DNA of 63,490 nt, filler included, from Choristocarpus tenellus KU-1152 (taxonomy: Eukaryota; Protista; Phaeophyceae): assembly GCA_964200185.2 (NCBI GenBank). It is 10 parts of 10 records of this genome, joined end to end, with 100 filler letters (N's around TTAATTAATTAA, not from the genome) between each part and the next. Parts side by side here need not be neighbours in the genome. Positions count along the whole stretch, not along the records: positions 1 to 4,529 come from CAXNAD020014131.1; positions 4,630 to 9,178 come from CAXNAD020014049.1; positions 9,279 to 12,700 come from CAXNAD020020142.1; positions 12,801 to 16,690 come from CAXNAD020017335.1; 6 more parts are not named here. One strand, given 5' to 3'. The notes below the pieces were generated by a model. That model was not told the origin of the DNA. It saw only the letters and a list, made by a program, of their open reading frames with translations, and did no database searches. Below are positions 1 through 13,065 of the stretch, one piece after another (the stretch's first letter is position 1; each line of letters starts with the position of its first letter). Made by a program: the position numbers and the translations under genes.

Positions 1-7
1 ATATAAT

Positions 8-790
8 TTTCATTGGTTTCCCCCCTGACACATCTGCAAAATGTCAGAGGGCATAATAATATAATAAATTATGTATATAGGACATATGTATACAGTTTTC
101 ATTTGTTTCCCCTCTGACAAATCTGTAAAATGTCAGAGGGCATAAAAATAAAATATAGTATATGATATTTACTATTATTTCACATTGTGAAATACATTGC
201 AACATAACAATTTACCATGTTATATTATAGTATATCCATTGTATTATATTACATTCTAAAATATGGCAAATCATTATAAAAATTGATAAAGTATAATATC
301 CTGTTACAAAATATTTCACTATACCATTGGATACTATATATCCTAATATTCATTGGAATATATTGTATCGGATAATATTACACTATGTATTACGAAAAAT
401 ACAATAAAATAGAATAAATCATCTTAAGTCAAGTTCAATAAAATACTACATCACGTTATAAAGTAAGTATTCCATTATACCACAGGACATTATAAATCAA
501 AATATTTATTGGACTATGTTGAATTTTTGTTGGATTCTTGGGATGCCTCTCTAGCTCCCCTCCCCGAGGCGCAGGAGTAGGGGTAGATGGGAAGCACAGG
601 AAGGCAGTAGTACAATATTGGTAGTGGTGAAGTAACTGATAGACTAATGTTTTTCACACTTACAGTGTTTTATGGCATTTTTCACATTTATGATAATGTA
701 TTTCTTTAGGGCTTATACTGACATGAGTATAGCTTTCATTTGTTTTCCCCCTGACACATCTGCAAAATGTCAGAGGGCATAATAATATAA
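8..790 (+). repeat. Dispersed repeat family D: ~55-bp hairpin-bearing end followed by a (TAA)n-like tail; three copies here (~8-65, ~96-150, ~735-790, the last extending 5' to ~535)
   Basis: TTTCATTKGTTTCCCCYCTGACAMATCTGYAAAATGTCAGAGGGCATAATAAT. Further copies at 12809-12862 (+), 44611-44662 (-), 50474-50528 (-), 52168-52210 (+), 56303-56352 (-). Confidence 0.9.
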
Positions 791-1654
791 TAAATACATT
801 ACATAAGAACAAATAAAATAAAATCGCATGGAATCAGATGAAGTCATAATAAATCATACTACATCAAATTAAATCATATCAAATTATATGAAATCATATT
901 AAGTAACATTAAATTACACTAACTCAACACAAATTGTGCAAATTTCAACAAAACTACAAACACTACCAAAAAAGGTAGCACACTCCACGTGACAATGCAC
1001 TGGACGGAACACACTTCCATTTTATCGCACCCACCAGCATTTTTTTCAGAGAACGTCGTGAAGGGGAAGGAAGCGACACAAAGGATAACCCAAGTTTTGC
1101 AAACATCGTTGATGTCATGACTGCAATAATCTTGCAAAAAAATATTAATTTGAGAATATAGTTGTTAGAATGAGTATCAATGTTACAGTATGTTATGACT
1201 GAGTACTAAGTAGTACATTCACAAGTAAAAATAGTACTACTGAACGTTTGTTCTCATAGAACTCCCGTCAGCAGTGACAATACTCTATTGAACGAACGAA
1301 CTCATGGACAAGAAGTAGACGAAATGCAAGGGAAGCAGCAGCCAACCATCTGCTGACAACTCATTTCCATTGCTCCCCTATCAAGCCTTACGCTTCTTGC
1401 ATCACTTGCACGATGACAGAAACTAACACACACTTCCTAAAATATTGCACCACACACACGTTTCGTGGGTGCTGCTTTGCTAACCTTCGCCGCTATCCCA
1501 AACAACACAATACATACGCCACCTCCAACCCTCCTGCCCTTTCCTGCCCTCATACACCAGAGGAGGCCCCGCTACAATGGGTACAACACTGAGAAGCACT
1601 ACACATAAAAATACGAAAACATTCATCATATGCCATGAAAAGGGATTGTACAAC

Positions 1655-2808
1655 CTACTCGCTCCTCAAGGAGGTGTGGGTGTACTTAGGCGACAGTCCC
1701 CTCTTTGTCGATGGTATCAGCCACGTAATCCCTCGATCAAGTGGATAATCTTCTGCTCTCCGTCTTGCGGAAGTCCTCCCATGGCCGTGGAGGTCCCTTC
1801 CTCTTTCTGAGAGCGGCATATTTGGCCCAGATGTCGTTTCTAACGACATCAGGTTCAGTCTCCGCATTCCAGCATGGGTCTGGTGTGCCCATCGATGCAC
1901 CTTCATCTGTCGTACTGCTGCTGCTTTCACTCTTCTCTTGTTCTGTGCATGAGCTCGCAGAGCATGTGCTAGCAACCTATGGGTATCGACGTAAAGACAG
2001 CGGGTAGGCGAGGGGGTAACGGTCGGAGTGACACTAGGGCGTCACACAGAAAGGAAGGAACCAGTAGATAAACGTCACAACGATAGAAAGCATATCCCGA
2101 CATTACAGGATGATCCTTCCATTCAAAGCTCCTGCATCGAAGCAAAATTTCAGGTTCGGTCCAACTCAATAATACCTGTTAACTGTGGGATTCTACTACA
2201 GTATCATATTGAGTTGCACTACCACCGGAGAATAATAACTATAGTAATGTCTCGCCTGTTCCGTCGTGCGGCTTTTGGCACGTCGCTTGTCCCCCTTACT
2301 TTCGCGAAAAAGCCTCAGATGGGCTGGTTCGCAGTCGATCCGCCTCGGCCTCACCACTGCCTGTGAGGCCGAAATATTAGGGGAAAATGTGCACCCGCGT
2401 AGCTCCGACTGGATTCTCTGACTCTCTCGTTGCCGAGACTTGGCCACCTGCTTCGCCAGGGTCAGGTGATGGCGGCTCACGAACGTTCCCTTTGGCAAAC
2501 AGTTTGGTTCAATGCCAGCCGTAAAAGACAAAGTACAAAGGGGTGAAGAGGAGGACCCTGTCAGTCTTTTGTTGCCTATCGCAGGTACAGAGGGTTACTG
2601 GCGAGACTATGTCGTGTACATCGTGATGAGGTACTCCTCTCGCGATGTACACGAAGAAATCAACATGGAACGACCGCATTCCGCCTCAACGAAAATATTC
2701 TGCTTTCCCACCTTTCGGGGTTTCATCTTCGCTGCGTACGCCTTCGTGGCGCTCAAGTCTGGAGCGAACGTACACGCTGGGGAGGACGTCTTTGACATTT
2801 TTTTCTTG
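1655..2808 (-). CDS. Probable 3' part of a multi-exon gene with CTF(A/S)P motifs; exons ~2808-2712, 2489-2300, 1968-1655; function unknown
   Basis: GT-AG-bounded, phase-compatible exons give ...SPACTFAPDLSATK...K|GTFVSR...ELRGCTFSPNISAS...PAHLRLFRE|THALRAH... Repeated CTFxPxI plus RLF/RLY motifs are typical of large protist coiled-coil proteins. 5' exons unresolved. Confidence 0.45.
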
Positions 2809-4452
2809 CTGTGTGAAGAAGACCAAGTATCGGAGATGGATGGGGATAAATGTCTTGGAGCAGATGGACGCAGAGACGGTGGTGGTGGTAGGAGCTATGT
2901 CTGTAGTTAGAAATTCGCACACAACCCAATAGAGGAGGGTAAGAAGAGTGATCGGTGCATTAAAAATCAGGTCAGCAGATACCTCGCTCCTACTCGAAGT
3001 ACTTGCTACGAACCTGACACCTTGTGGGAGAGATTGAGGAACTACCAATCAAACCGACCTATGCGTCGAAGTTTGTGGTACAATTTTTGATACACAAAAC
3101 GGGAGGTGCGGGAGCAATGCGGATGATATTCTGTGTTTGGTCATCCTATCGACATGCTGCTGCGTGTTGGATAACTCGTCGTTGCTCACCTGACACCTGA
3201 TTATGACAAATCTCCAACTCTGTGAGGGGGAACGACGAATGAGGAGGTTTATGCAGGTTGTGATCGTGGTTGTAGAAAGGGGGTCGTTGTTTGTGCGGTT
3301 TGATGGATGAATCTCCAGTTATTTGAGAAAACACACATATCGCTTTGAAAAACATAAAATATCTGTTCTGCTCTTTGTACAAGTAGTAAGACACACTTCT
3401 ATTGTTAATTGTAGTCCCTTACCATATTCTAGTATTCTCTTCTATTTGATTTAGAACTCAGAATTGGTTCGAATATTCCCGATTTTATCATATCTATCCT
3501 TCATAATATCTAGAAGCATAGCATGTGAAACTAACTTTTCCAAGTAGTAGTGTAGTAAGAAATTTATTATCATACATAATATACTTGATATATTTATACA
3601 TGCAAATAAATTGTGATGGAGTAGAGGTAAAAAAATTATTCAGCTGTTCTTTACTCTAATATTTCCCTCCTCGTCATAGGAGAAAGGCTTCATTGATAGC
3701 AGATATGTATCTCTATATATAAATATATCTCTGTAGGAATACAGTGCAAAGGTACACATATCTTTCATACCCCAAGGAAGTCTTGCGGTTGCCTTGAGAA
3801 TAAGATCATTTCACTTGCTATCATTATTGTGCGATATTCTTCCGTGTTTTGATGCATGAAATTCTTGTTTTGTATACTTTTATTATTCTTTGTGTATCTG
3901 TATGAAGAGTCCTCAAACCATGGTCATGGTCGAAAAGGAAGTCATAAGAGGTACAAAAATACACAAAAATGTAAAAAACGAGAAATGAGAGAAGGGAGAA
4001 GGGAGAAGGGAGCGAAATAAACACTTCTAAAAAAAAACTAAATCCCAAGACCTGACCTAACAAGATGTTGTAAAACCTTGAAACATCAACATCCCCAAGA
4101 TCTTACTAACTAGTAAAGGAACCCAGATTAAGGAGGGAAAAGAAAAGAAGGGATCATCATATTGCCATGTCTCAATCCCAAGCATCAGTACTACTTCGAA
4201 GTACCAGACACAAAAACAAAAAATCAAGAAAACTTCATCAAAGGAAATATTCAGTGTGCACTACTCATCATCTAGATGAAGTGACAAGGTACGGGCAGAA
4301 AGGGTAGTCAATCGAGACTAGGCAAGGGATCAGACAGTCAAATCAGAGACAAATCAAGAGAGGAGTAGTAGCCATCACCAGGCAACACGGACTAGGTTTG
4401 AGCACTGATGATCTACTTGAGCTGCCTTATCCACTACTACTACTACTACTCT

Positions 4453-4529
4453 GGGCCAAAGTATCTGGGGGGGGGGGGGGGGGGGGCACCGGGGGGTCCA
4501 CTTGGGGCCTCCTATTTGGGTTTTAAATG
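4453..4529 (+). mobile_element. MITE family B, truncated at the contig end
   Basis: GGGCCAAAGTATCTG(G)n...GTCCA matches the left end of the complete copy at 47427-47610. Confidence 0.75.
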
Positions 4530-4629
4530 NNNNNNNNNNNNNNNNNNNNNNNNNNNNNNNNNNNNNNNNNNNNTTAATTAATTAANNNNNNNNNNNNNNN
4601 NNNNNNNNNNNNNNNNNNNNNNNNNNNNN
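4530..4629. other. Artificial contig linker (N44-TTAATTAATTAA-N44); also at 9179-9278, 12701-12800, 16691-16790, 22644-22743, 29477-29576, 33044-33143, 41792-41891, 59716-59815
   Basis: Identical 100-bp spacers whose core has stop codons in all six frames; a standard pseudomolecule spacer. Confidence 0.98.
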
Positions 4630-5614
4630 GCGAGGCGAAGCACGCAATAATGCAAGGTGAACGAGAGCGTTTCGTTGGGGGGGGGGAGGAGCGGGGTTTC
4701 TTGGAGCTCTACAAGACACCCGCAATGCTACACTCTTGTCACCTTTGCATGTTTTGCAATGATGCTGACTGGAGCTCCACACTAACTTCCTCTCTGTAAA
4801 AGCACAACACACATAGAATGTGGTGAAATTGTAGGTGAAAATTACACGAACACTCCTTGGGCATGAGGTGCTATTCTCTTTCCCGTAGAGGGAAGGCGTT
4901 CTTGCGTGCCTTCAACAACAGGATTTGTCCTTATAATTGCACTGTTTTTGCTTTAAAAAAAAAAGATACATTAACAGGGCCAGGGGAGGGCTCCCTTCTA
5001 CACTGCGCATCACCTGGATAACAACACGACACAAATATTCACATAGCATGTTCTTCGAAGCACGTGTATGTACCTGCAGATATACATGTATCTGTATCTT
5101 ATGTGGACTATATTTGAGAAGGAAAGATAACTCGATTGTCTTTCTTCGGGGTCTCAAGCAACCAACATTAAAAGAGAGGGGAAGTTGGTGTCTCACTTCA
5201 AAACATGGAGAAACGGGGGCAAATGATAAGAAAAGAAGATAAGAACAGCCCTTTCACTCGAAGGAAGCATTAAAAACAGTCCTTCCTTCCAAAACCAGTC
5301 TTCTTTTTTTATTAATCTACTTCTTGAAATAGTGACACAACCAAACAAAACACACCCTTGATATGGATACATTACACACAGATTGAAACGGAATAGAACT
5401 AGCAATCCAGTATACAAAATATGGAATAGTTGCAAAAAAAAACAAAAAAACACACACACACATGCAAACAAGAAAGGCAACAAAAACGCTGTCAGTCAAC
5501 TGAACATCTAATTACACTCGAAACGTTCACTGTAACACATGCCAAAGAGAGAACCCAAACGAACCCCTTCAATCAATCATTCACCAAGCACGCCTTCGAA
5601 ACATGACCTAAACA

Positions 5615-7208
5615 TTACATGCTTTGCCCCCCCCCCTGCCCTTCCAAATTTTTCCTTCCCCAGACTCTTGCCTCCCTCTTGAGTCCATTCCTTCGGTACA
5701 CATCCTCCGTCTTGCTCTTGGACACTACTTTCAAATTGCCTTCACCGTGCGCAGGTCGCCACCCTCTCCTTCCCTCTCCTTCCCTCTGCTGGCTTTTAGC
5801 CCTGCCCCTGGTCTCTTCCTGTTCTCTACAATCCTGCAGCCCCTTTGCCTGATTAGTTTTTCCCTGGATATCCCCCTGTCTCTGCCCCACCTGTTGCTTC
5901 CCCTTGACTCTTTGCAGAGCTGCCATCTGACAGAATGTAGTGAAGGCGCACAACAGAAAAATACTTGGATGAGGCCAGGGGGTAGTAGCAAGAGGGGTAC
6001 ATCCGCCTGCTACTTGACCACACTCTCATACAGTGCTGTTATGTGCATTTAGGTTGCATGCACTAATTTACACTGTGCACTCATGAATCGGACAATTGCT
6101 ATTCCCGCTTGACAGACATCAATGAATTGGATGCGGACAAAAGAAATCGGCACCAATTCATCACTCGACAACTCGCCTACAACTATATTGAGAACTGAAG
6201 GAAAATGGGTGTAGGATCATTCTTAAGAACTCTTTCCTAGGGGGTGGGGGGGGGAGTGGGGGGCTCTCCATACATAGCTCCAGAACCCAAGTCCGCCCTT
6301 GCATTGCTATAATTCCCTGGGACACAATCCCTTGTTTCAACACTAGTGAGGTGTTGTGATGTGCAACAATATGCAAGGAGATCAGGAGGAAAATTCATGG
6401 AAAGCAACCCAGTATGGTGATCATGCAAAAACAAAAGGACTACGAACGAGCGATGTGAGCGTGTAACAGTTTGATCGATCAGCCCAAACCACCACCCACT
6501 TTTTCCTCCTGCATCTCGACAAATTGTCGTGTTTATGCTGCTTCTAGTCGAAAGCACCTGCTCGGTTGTAAGCGTGTCTCCTTTGTCGACCTTACGACGC
6601 AAAAAGTTTGCCAGCGCCTCATCCTTGTTGCTCGTAATCTTACCACCAGGCCAAGCGATTCTTCAACAAGCGGCGAGGTTGAGGGGGGGTGGATGTCGTT
6701 GCTCGTGAGCCTTTTCTGGCGGCGTACATATTTCCTCGCCAGGAGAAACAGTACTACAACGCCCGACGCTCTTAGAAGCATCCCTGCGAAGAATACCAGT
6801 GAGCTGCGGAGGACTAGATCAACATCGTTGAGTGTTGAAGCGGCTTCCACGCATCTACTCTGGATCGGGCTAGCATGACCTTGCGAGAGCCCTGGAGCTC
6901 CAACCTTTCCTCCCCAGAAGTCACGAAAGTTTTGCATACGACGTTACTCCCAGAGGTCCGATGTCTAGGTATGATGGGGAAATTGTGTTTTTTGTCGCAA
7001 GGTGGGCATGAGGAGGAAGTCCTTGTGAACCACGTGCCACGCCCAATATTGTAACCGCAGAAGTAAGGAAAAAATATCAGAAGCGATCCATCAAGTGGTA
7101 GGCTCACCGTTTACCTATGGGAGGCGCCTGAGGAACCTCCCAGGGATTTACCCCTCTTTTCTCATTGATGCCTTTAAGGCAGATCGTTTTTGAACCGGTG
7201 CCTGACAT
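5615..7208 (-). CDS. Three-exon gene, ~171-aa basic protein of unknown function; exons 7208-7108, 6660-6558, 5926-5615
   Basis: ATG, phase-matched junctions (CG|gtgagc...aag|A; CAG|gtgctt...tcag|ATG) and a TAA stop. Protein MSGTGSKTICLKGINEKRGVNPWEVPQAPPIGKR|IAWPGGKITSNKDEALANFLRRKVDKGDTLTTEQ|MAALQRVKGKQ...GGGQSM*. Confidence 0.7.
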
Positions 7209-9278
7209 CACAACCCCCTCCCTGCTCCACCACACTGCCAGCTAGTCAACTTGAAGGACGCTTTGGTTTCAGGATGTGGGTCTATTGGAATCTGCAGTAT
7301 GTACAATGTCAGAAGAATACTATATTCACCTCTCCCTTCCTACTTCTGAACGTACAAAAAAAAACTAAACCAAAAAACTGATGTCTTGTTTTGTCATACT
7401 TCAATCACCTTGTCATTGGAAGGTATAGCATTTGATTTTGTCAATGTATGTAAGTGATCGTTGATCGTTGTTAGGGTTGGAACTCCAGTTGTTTAAAAAA
7501 ATACCCCCAAAAAGGTGAACTCTCCCTGACATAAATATAAATATTGTGAGATACCGCGCGCATTGATATTCTCGCTCGCACCACCTTCTGTTCTGAAGGT
7601 CGGTTAGTTCGATATGTATGAAGATGAAAGACTAACCGTTGTAAATCTTCACGTAAAAGACTAGTCAAACCAAACAAAACCCATTGTTGTATTTTCTTTT
7701 TATATTTTGACTAATCCCAACCAATCCCTTTACGATTGAACAACATAAATAAATAACCTTATCGTACGTCTCAACCATTCATTACCCAGTATGGCTCGAC
7801 CCATCTTTCGCTCACTTTCTGACCCTCGTCTCTGGTGATTCTTATCACACCCCTCACCGCACAGGACTTAGCCATACAACAGTGGTACTCACACTGATCT
7901 GTGTCAGGGGGTCACCAGAGATGTAGTGTCACAACCCTAGTCAGAAAGACGAAAAGACTTGGGGGAAATAAGGCATCATCAGGTAAGTGCAGCTTGAGAG
8001 AGAGGATCATTCAATGTCCCACCTCTTATGCATCCTCAGCCTCGAAAAAATCGTAAGGTACCCTTGGTGGTTCGCTCGAATACTAAGGTGGTGTCGCAAT
8101 GGCTGAGGGCCACCCTTCGGCGCAACCCATCAAGTGTTGCCCGAACATGATGAGTACAAGAGAGGACGTTTGATAGCAAAGATATCTCCATTTAAAGTCC
8201 GAGTTGTCATCTAAGTCTAGCGCAGTTTGGGAGCAGGTGAGTATGGAGGTCAGCCTCACAACTGCAACCCTTCAAAGGATGAAGCAGCAACGAATGAGAC
8301 GAGTATATTGACCCACCCTACCCCAAGCACATCCCCTAGGACTATCTACTTTCACGAGGCACCTTTTACATAAGGAGTTCCACCCTTGAGCTCTGGAGCG
8401 AAGGATTTGTCCTATTCTCTTCTTTACAAATTTCAGTAGTGATAAAATCTTTCGCTCACATGTATATTCCGTAACAACTGCGAACAGTAGACGATCGGTC
8501 GACTTTTATTGGCGATCGCAGCACGTGCCACCCTGCCAGAATCTTTGCTATTTCCCCCATGAACCCCTGCAGGATAACACCGAATAGCAGGAGAGAGTGA
8601 GGAATGAGATATTTTAGGGGATGCCGTGCTGACTCTGTTTCGTCAGAGTTTGTAAGGACAAGGATACATGGTATGGCATGATATCTAAACGATTGCTAGG
8701 TAGGTCGTGAAACACCGAAGAAGCCAGAAGACCTAGATTGCCCTCAAATGGACAGTCATCTCCACACGCCCAGATACTTTGAGGCAGCTTGGATATTTGT
8801 CAATACCCGTGCCATCAGTAGTTGTATCCAACTTGGGGGTTGGATAAATCTTCCTAGGTAACCGTATCATATCAGCTTTGGGGACAGGGCTAGAAGGGGA
8901 CAAAAAATATTCATCAATTTATGACAGCGATGTATATATTCCAGGAAATCATATTTTTTTCCCAATTCCCATCTCTTACTCCCCAACATTCGATTGTAAG
9001 ACTGACATTCCATCAGAGCCAGTTGTCTTCAAGTCTCGATTTCATTGGTCACAACTGAGTTCAAGATACCTCTATATACAATAACAAAATTATACCTTAA
9101 ATGTGTCACGGAAATCATTGATCTAGTTTGTTCCCGAGCCCTCCGAGGAATAGCCAGTGATGATGCTGTGGAACCAATNNNNNNNNNNNNNNNNNNNNNN
9201 NNNNNNNNNNNNNNNNNNNNNNTTAATTAATTAANNNNNNNNNNNNNNNNNNNNNNNNNNNNNNNNNNNNNNNNNNNN

Positions 9279-10141
<863 letters not shown>

Positions 10142-10224
10142 GCAGTCTAGGCAGCCTTCTTGTCATCTGACCCCCACACTTCATCTGGGGTTGTGTGTGT
10201 CCACGGTCTTAATGTCACACACCT

Positions 10225-10245
10225 GGTGCTTTTCAGCACCACCCA
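10225..10245 (+). other. Histone mRNA 3' stem-loop (SLBP-type)
   Basis: GGTGCT-TTTC-AGCACC-ACCCA, 83 nt after the H3 stop. The 6-bp stem, 4-nt UUUC loop and ACCCA tail match the histone stem-loop consensus. Confidence 0.9.
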
Positions 10246-12611
10246 ACCAACAAGAGAGCCTTGAAAACCCAGTAGTTGAAGGAGGCAGTCCGTCTTACAT
10301 CGTTTAAGGTAAATCTTAATATGGATAATACGGCGATGGTCAACATTGACTCCAATCGATGGCACATCCGAATTCTCTTGTCACGTCAAGACCACATCTG
10401 TATCCAACCAATTGCCTGAGGTTACACCACTTACTACTTAGCAACCTTTCAGTTTGTTGTAGGCACCATGTTAACATTACTGATCCTTCGATCATTCAGC
10501 GATTGCTAGCCAACGAGAACGGGGCATAACGTTTTTGATGTTGGAGAATGTACAATATGGTTTGTAACTTAGAAGCCGTCTAAGGTGAAATGCACGTTGC
10601 AACGTGAACGAAATTGACATATAATCTGTGTTGTGTAAGACAAGGTATTGTCTTGAAAATAGAGGTGGAAGGATTTGGTGCTGTAAATGAGTACATCAAG
10701 GACTTTGGTATGTTCTCTTGGCATTAGTTTGCTCTTTCTTCTGTTCAATTCTTGGATTTAAAATGTTGAACTAGGACGTGGAATAACAAGAATTTCCAGA
10801 AGTGGTTGCTTCACGGAATGACAATGGAGCAAAACAGAATCAATCCTCCTTCTGAAAACAAATGTTGCAGAGCAAAGAGCACCGAGTTAAGATCTTTATG
10901 TTGTATGTTCTAGGTGGCATAATGCATGGTTGGATCAGTTGGATGTGCCGGAGGCAACTCCAGGTTATTGATTCCCTGTGGTATGATAGGTCATTGATGC
11001 AGGGATGTTCCTTGCGGTGGGAAGGAAAATGTCATATTTCAACTGTTGCCATTAACAATGAGTCATAGTAAACGAGAGGCACCCAGAGTTGCATTTTAGG
11101 GATGCAGACAAATATGTACAAAATTCGGCTTTTTTATAAATGCGTATAGGATATTTTCTGAACTGTGTTGGTAAGGCTTCAAATAATAGAAATAAACACT
11201 CCCCAGCGGAACTTAGAAATAAATAAAATTATGGATGAATTGCAAAAGATTGAAAAAACGACTTCAAATGCAAAATAGTCAAAACCTGGGTATCTCTGGT
11301 TTGCTTCGACTCAATGGAGCATACGTATGGGATAGCATTAGTTGTTTCCTTAAAACTCTATCGTTAATTGTTGTACTAGATGCTGGTTACCTTCAAGTCC
11401 AAGTAGGGGAATGGTACTTTGTCAGGTTGCATGCCACACATTTCTTGGGTGAGTGTGTGGTGCGTTTCATAATATTGAACAATATGGAGATCAAATATGA
11501 GGCTTTTTTTTTGTTTATTTATATCATTCTGTACTTCGACAACATGGAGTGAGCAAGGTGGAAGAGTGATTTCACACTTCTCGGTTGTGTGACTTGGAAT
11601 GGTTAACCCATCAAGGCGAATGGTCAACCCATCAAGCAATTGATTTCATGTGTTTCTATGCTACTCGGAATGAGTTTATTATTTGTGTAATTTTTGACTA
11701 ATGTGGTCTAGGCGATGCATCATGTGGATATTCTTACGTTGTCCAATGAAAAGAGAGATTGTTACAGCACACTCCGTAGCTTACCGCCATGGGATGCATA
11801 GGTCCAGTCCACAACCATGTAGATGGGACTGATGCACAAGCGGTCAAGTACGCTGAAAATCTCACTTGGTTTATTCTCTTTATATGTATCAATATCATCA
11901 TATAAAAGGAATTGGTCAACAATACCATCAAGCATCATGATGACCAATAATAAATGGTCAAAAGTTCAAACATATAAATCTAGGACTTCAAGGTCGCAAC
12001 AGCGTTTATGAAACCGCCATCAAGACATATCGCCTGTAACAAGAACAGCTTACATCACATGCCTGTTGTTCGCTCTCATTTTCATTTTGGAGATGTATGT
12101 CTGACAAACTGTGCACCTGTCAGAACTAGTGCATGTACTACTTTGCATCCACTACTCTCAGTTGTAGTATTGTAGCAAGGGGTAGAAACAGTAAAGAATA
12201 CACATAACCCATAACAACTCAAATAATGTTCACACAAAAGGAAGAAATAGACGAAAAACGTTATTGTGCCAAAAATAAGAGGAAGATTCAGTAGGTCAGC
12301 CCCCCCCCCCCAAGAACTAAACAGGTATCAGGTCAGCAGCTGGGACCACAATTTTTCCCAAGAGTGAGCATATCAGCCGACAGTTACAAGATCAGAGCAA
12401 GTCCTAGACCCCCACCAGCAACACATAGATACCACGATCCGGATCCGAGACGGTGATCCAAAGTGTCAAAGTTCATTTGCTGCAATGACTGCTTATGAAA
12501 GAGCACTATTTTGTGGTTGCTGCGAAGTAGATAAATTATTATAATTGGAATGGAGTGAATTTTGCGCGTGTTTTCTAGACTAAAACAGTACCCCCAAAGG
12601 TTTACACAGTT

Positions 12612-12700
12612 GGGCTCAAAGTATCTGGGGGGGGGGGGGGGTGGCGGCTGTCCTTTTGGGGTCAATTTTTCAATTCCGCGGTTTTTGTGGGTTTTGTTTG
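12612..12700 (-). mobile_element. MITE family B, truncated at the contig end
   Basis: GGGCTCAAAGTATCTG(G)nTGGCGGCTGTCC matches the start of the copy at 32166. Confidence 0.75.
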
Positions 12701-13065
12701 NNNNNNNNNNNNNNNNNNNNNNNNNNNNNNNNNNNNNNNNNNNNTTAATTAATTAANNNNNNNNNNNNNNNNNNNNNNNNNNNNNNNNNNNNNNNNNNNN
12801 GTATATTGTTTTCATTGGTTTCCCCCTGACACATCTGCAAAATGTCAGAGGGCATAATAATAAAATACATGTATATATAAAATACATGTATATGTGTTAT
12901 TATCATTCGGTAGATGTACGGTCTAACTGTACCATTACTTCTACTAACTACTACTACCACTGCTACTGCTACTAGTATTGTTGTTATTGTCTTTTGTTAT
13001 ACATTTGATACTTCCATCTCCTCCTTTATTGACATGGAACGTCCGCAGCCCACAACAGGAGGAGG

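Noticed and set aside
8-150. Hairpin repeats with intervening sequence as a CRISPR array
   Set aside because: Eukaryotic context, dispersed copies on both strands, irregular spacing and no cas genes.
6533-6937. 134-aa ORF with a transmembrane-like segment
   Set aside because: The phase-consistent exon (6660-6558) is in a different frame; the rest appears intronic.
11784-11852. Possible minus-strand exon with good splice sites (ttttcag...gtaagc)
   Set aside because: Frame ambiguous and no partner exons identified.
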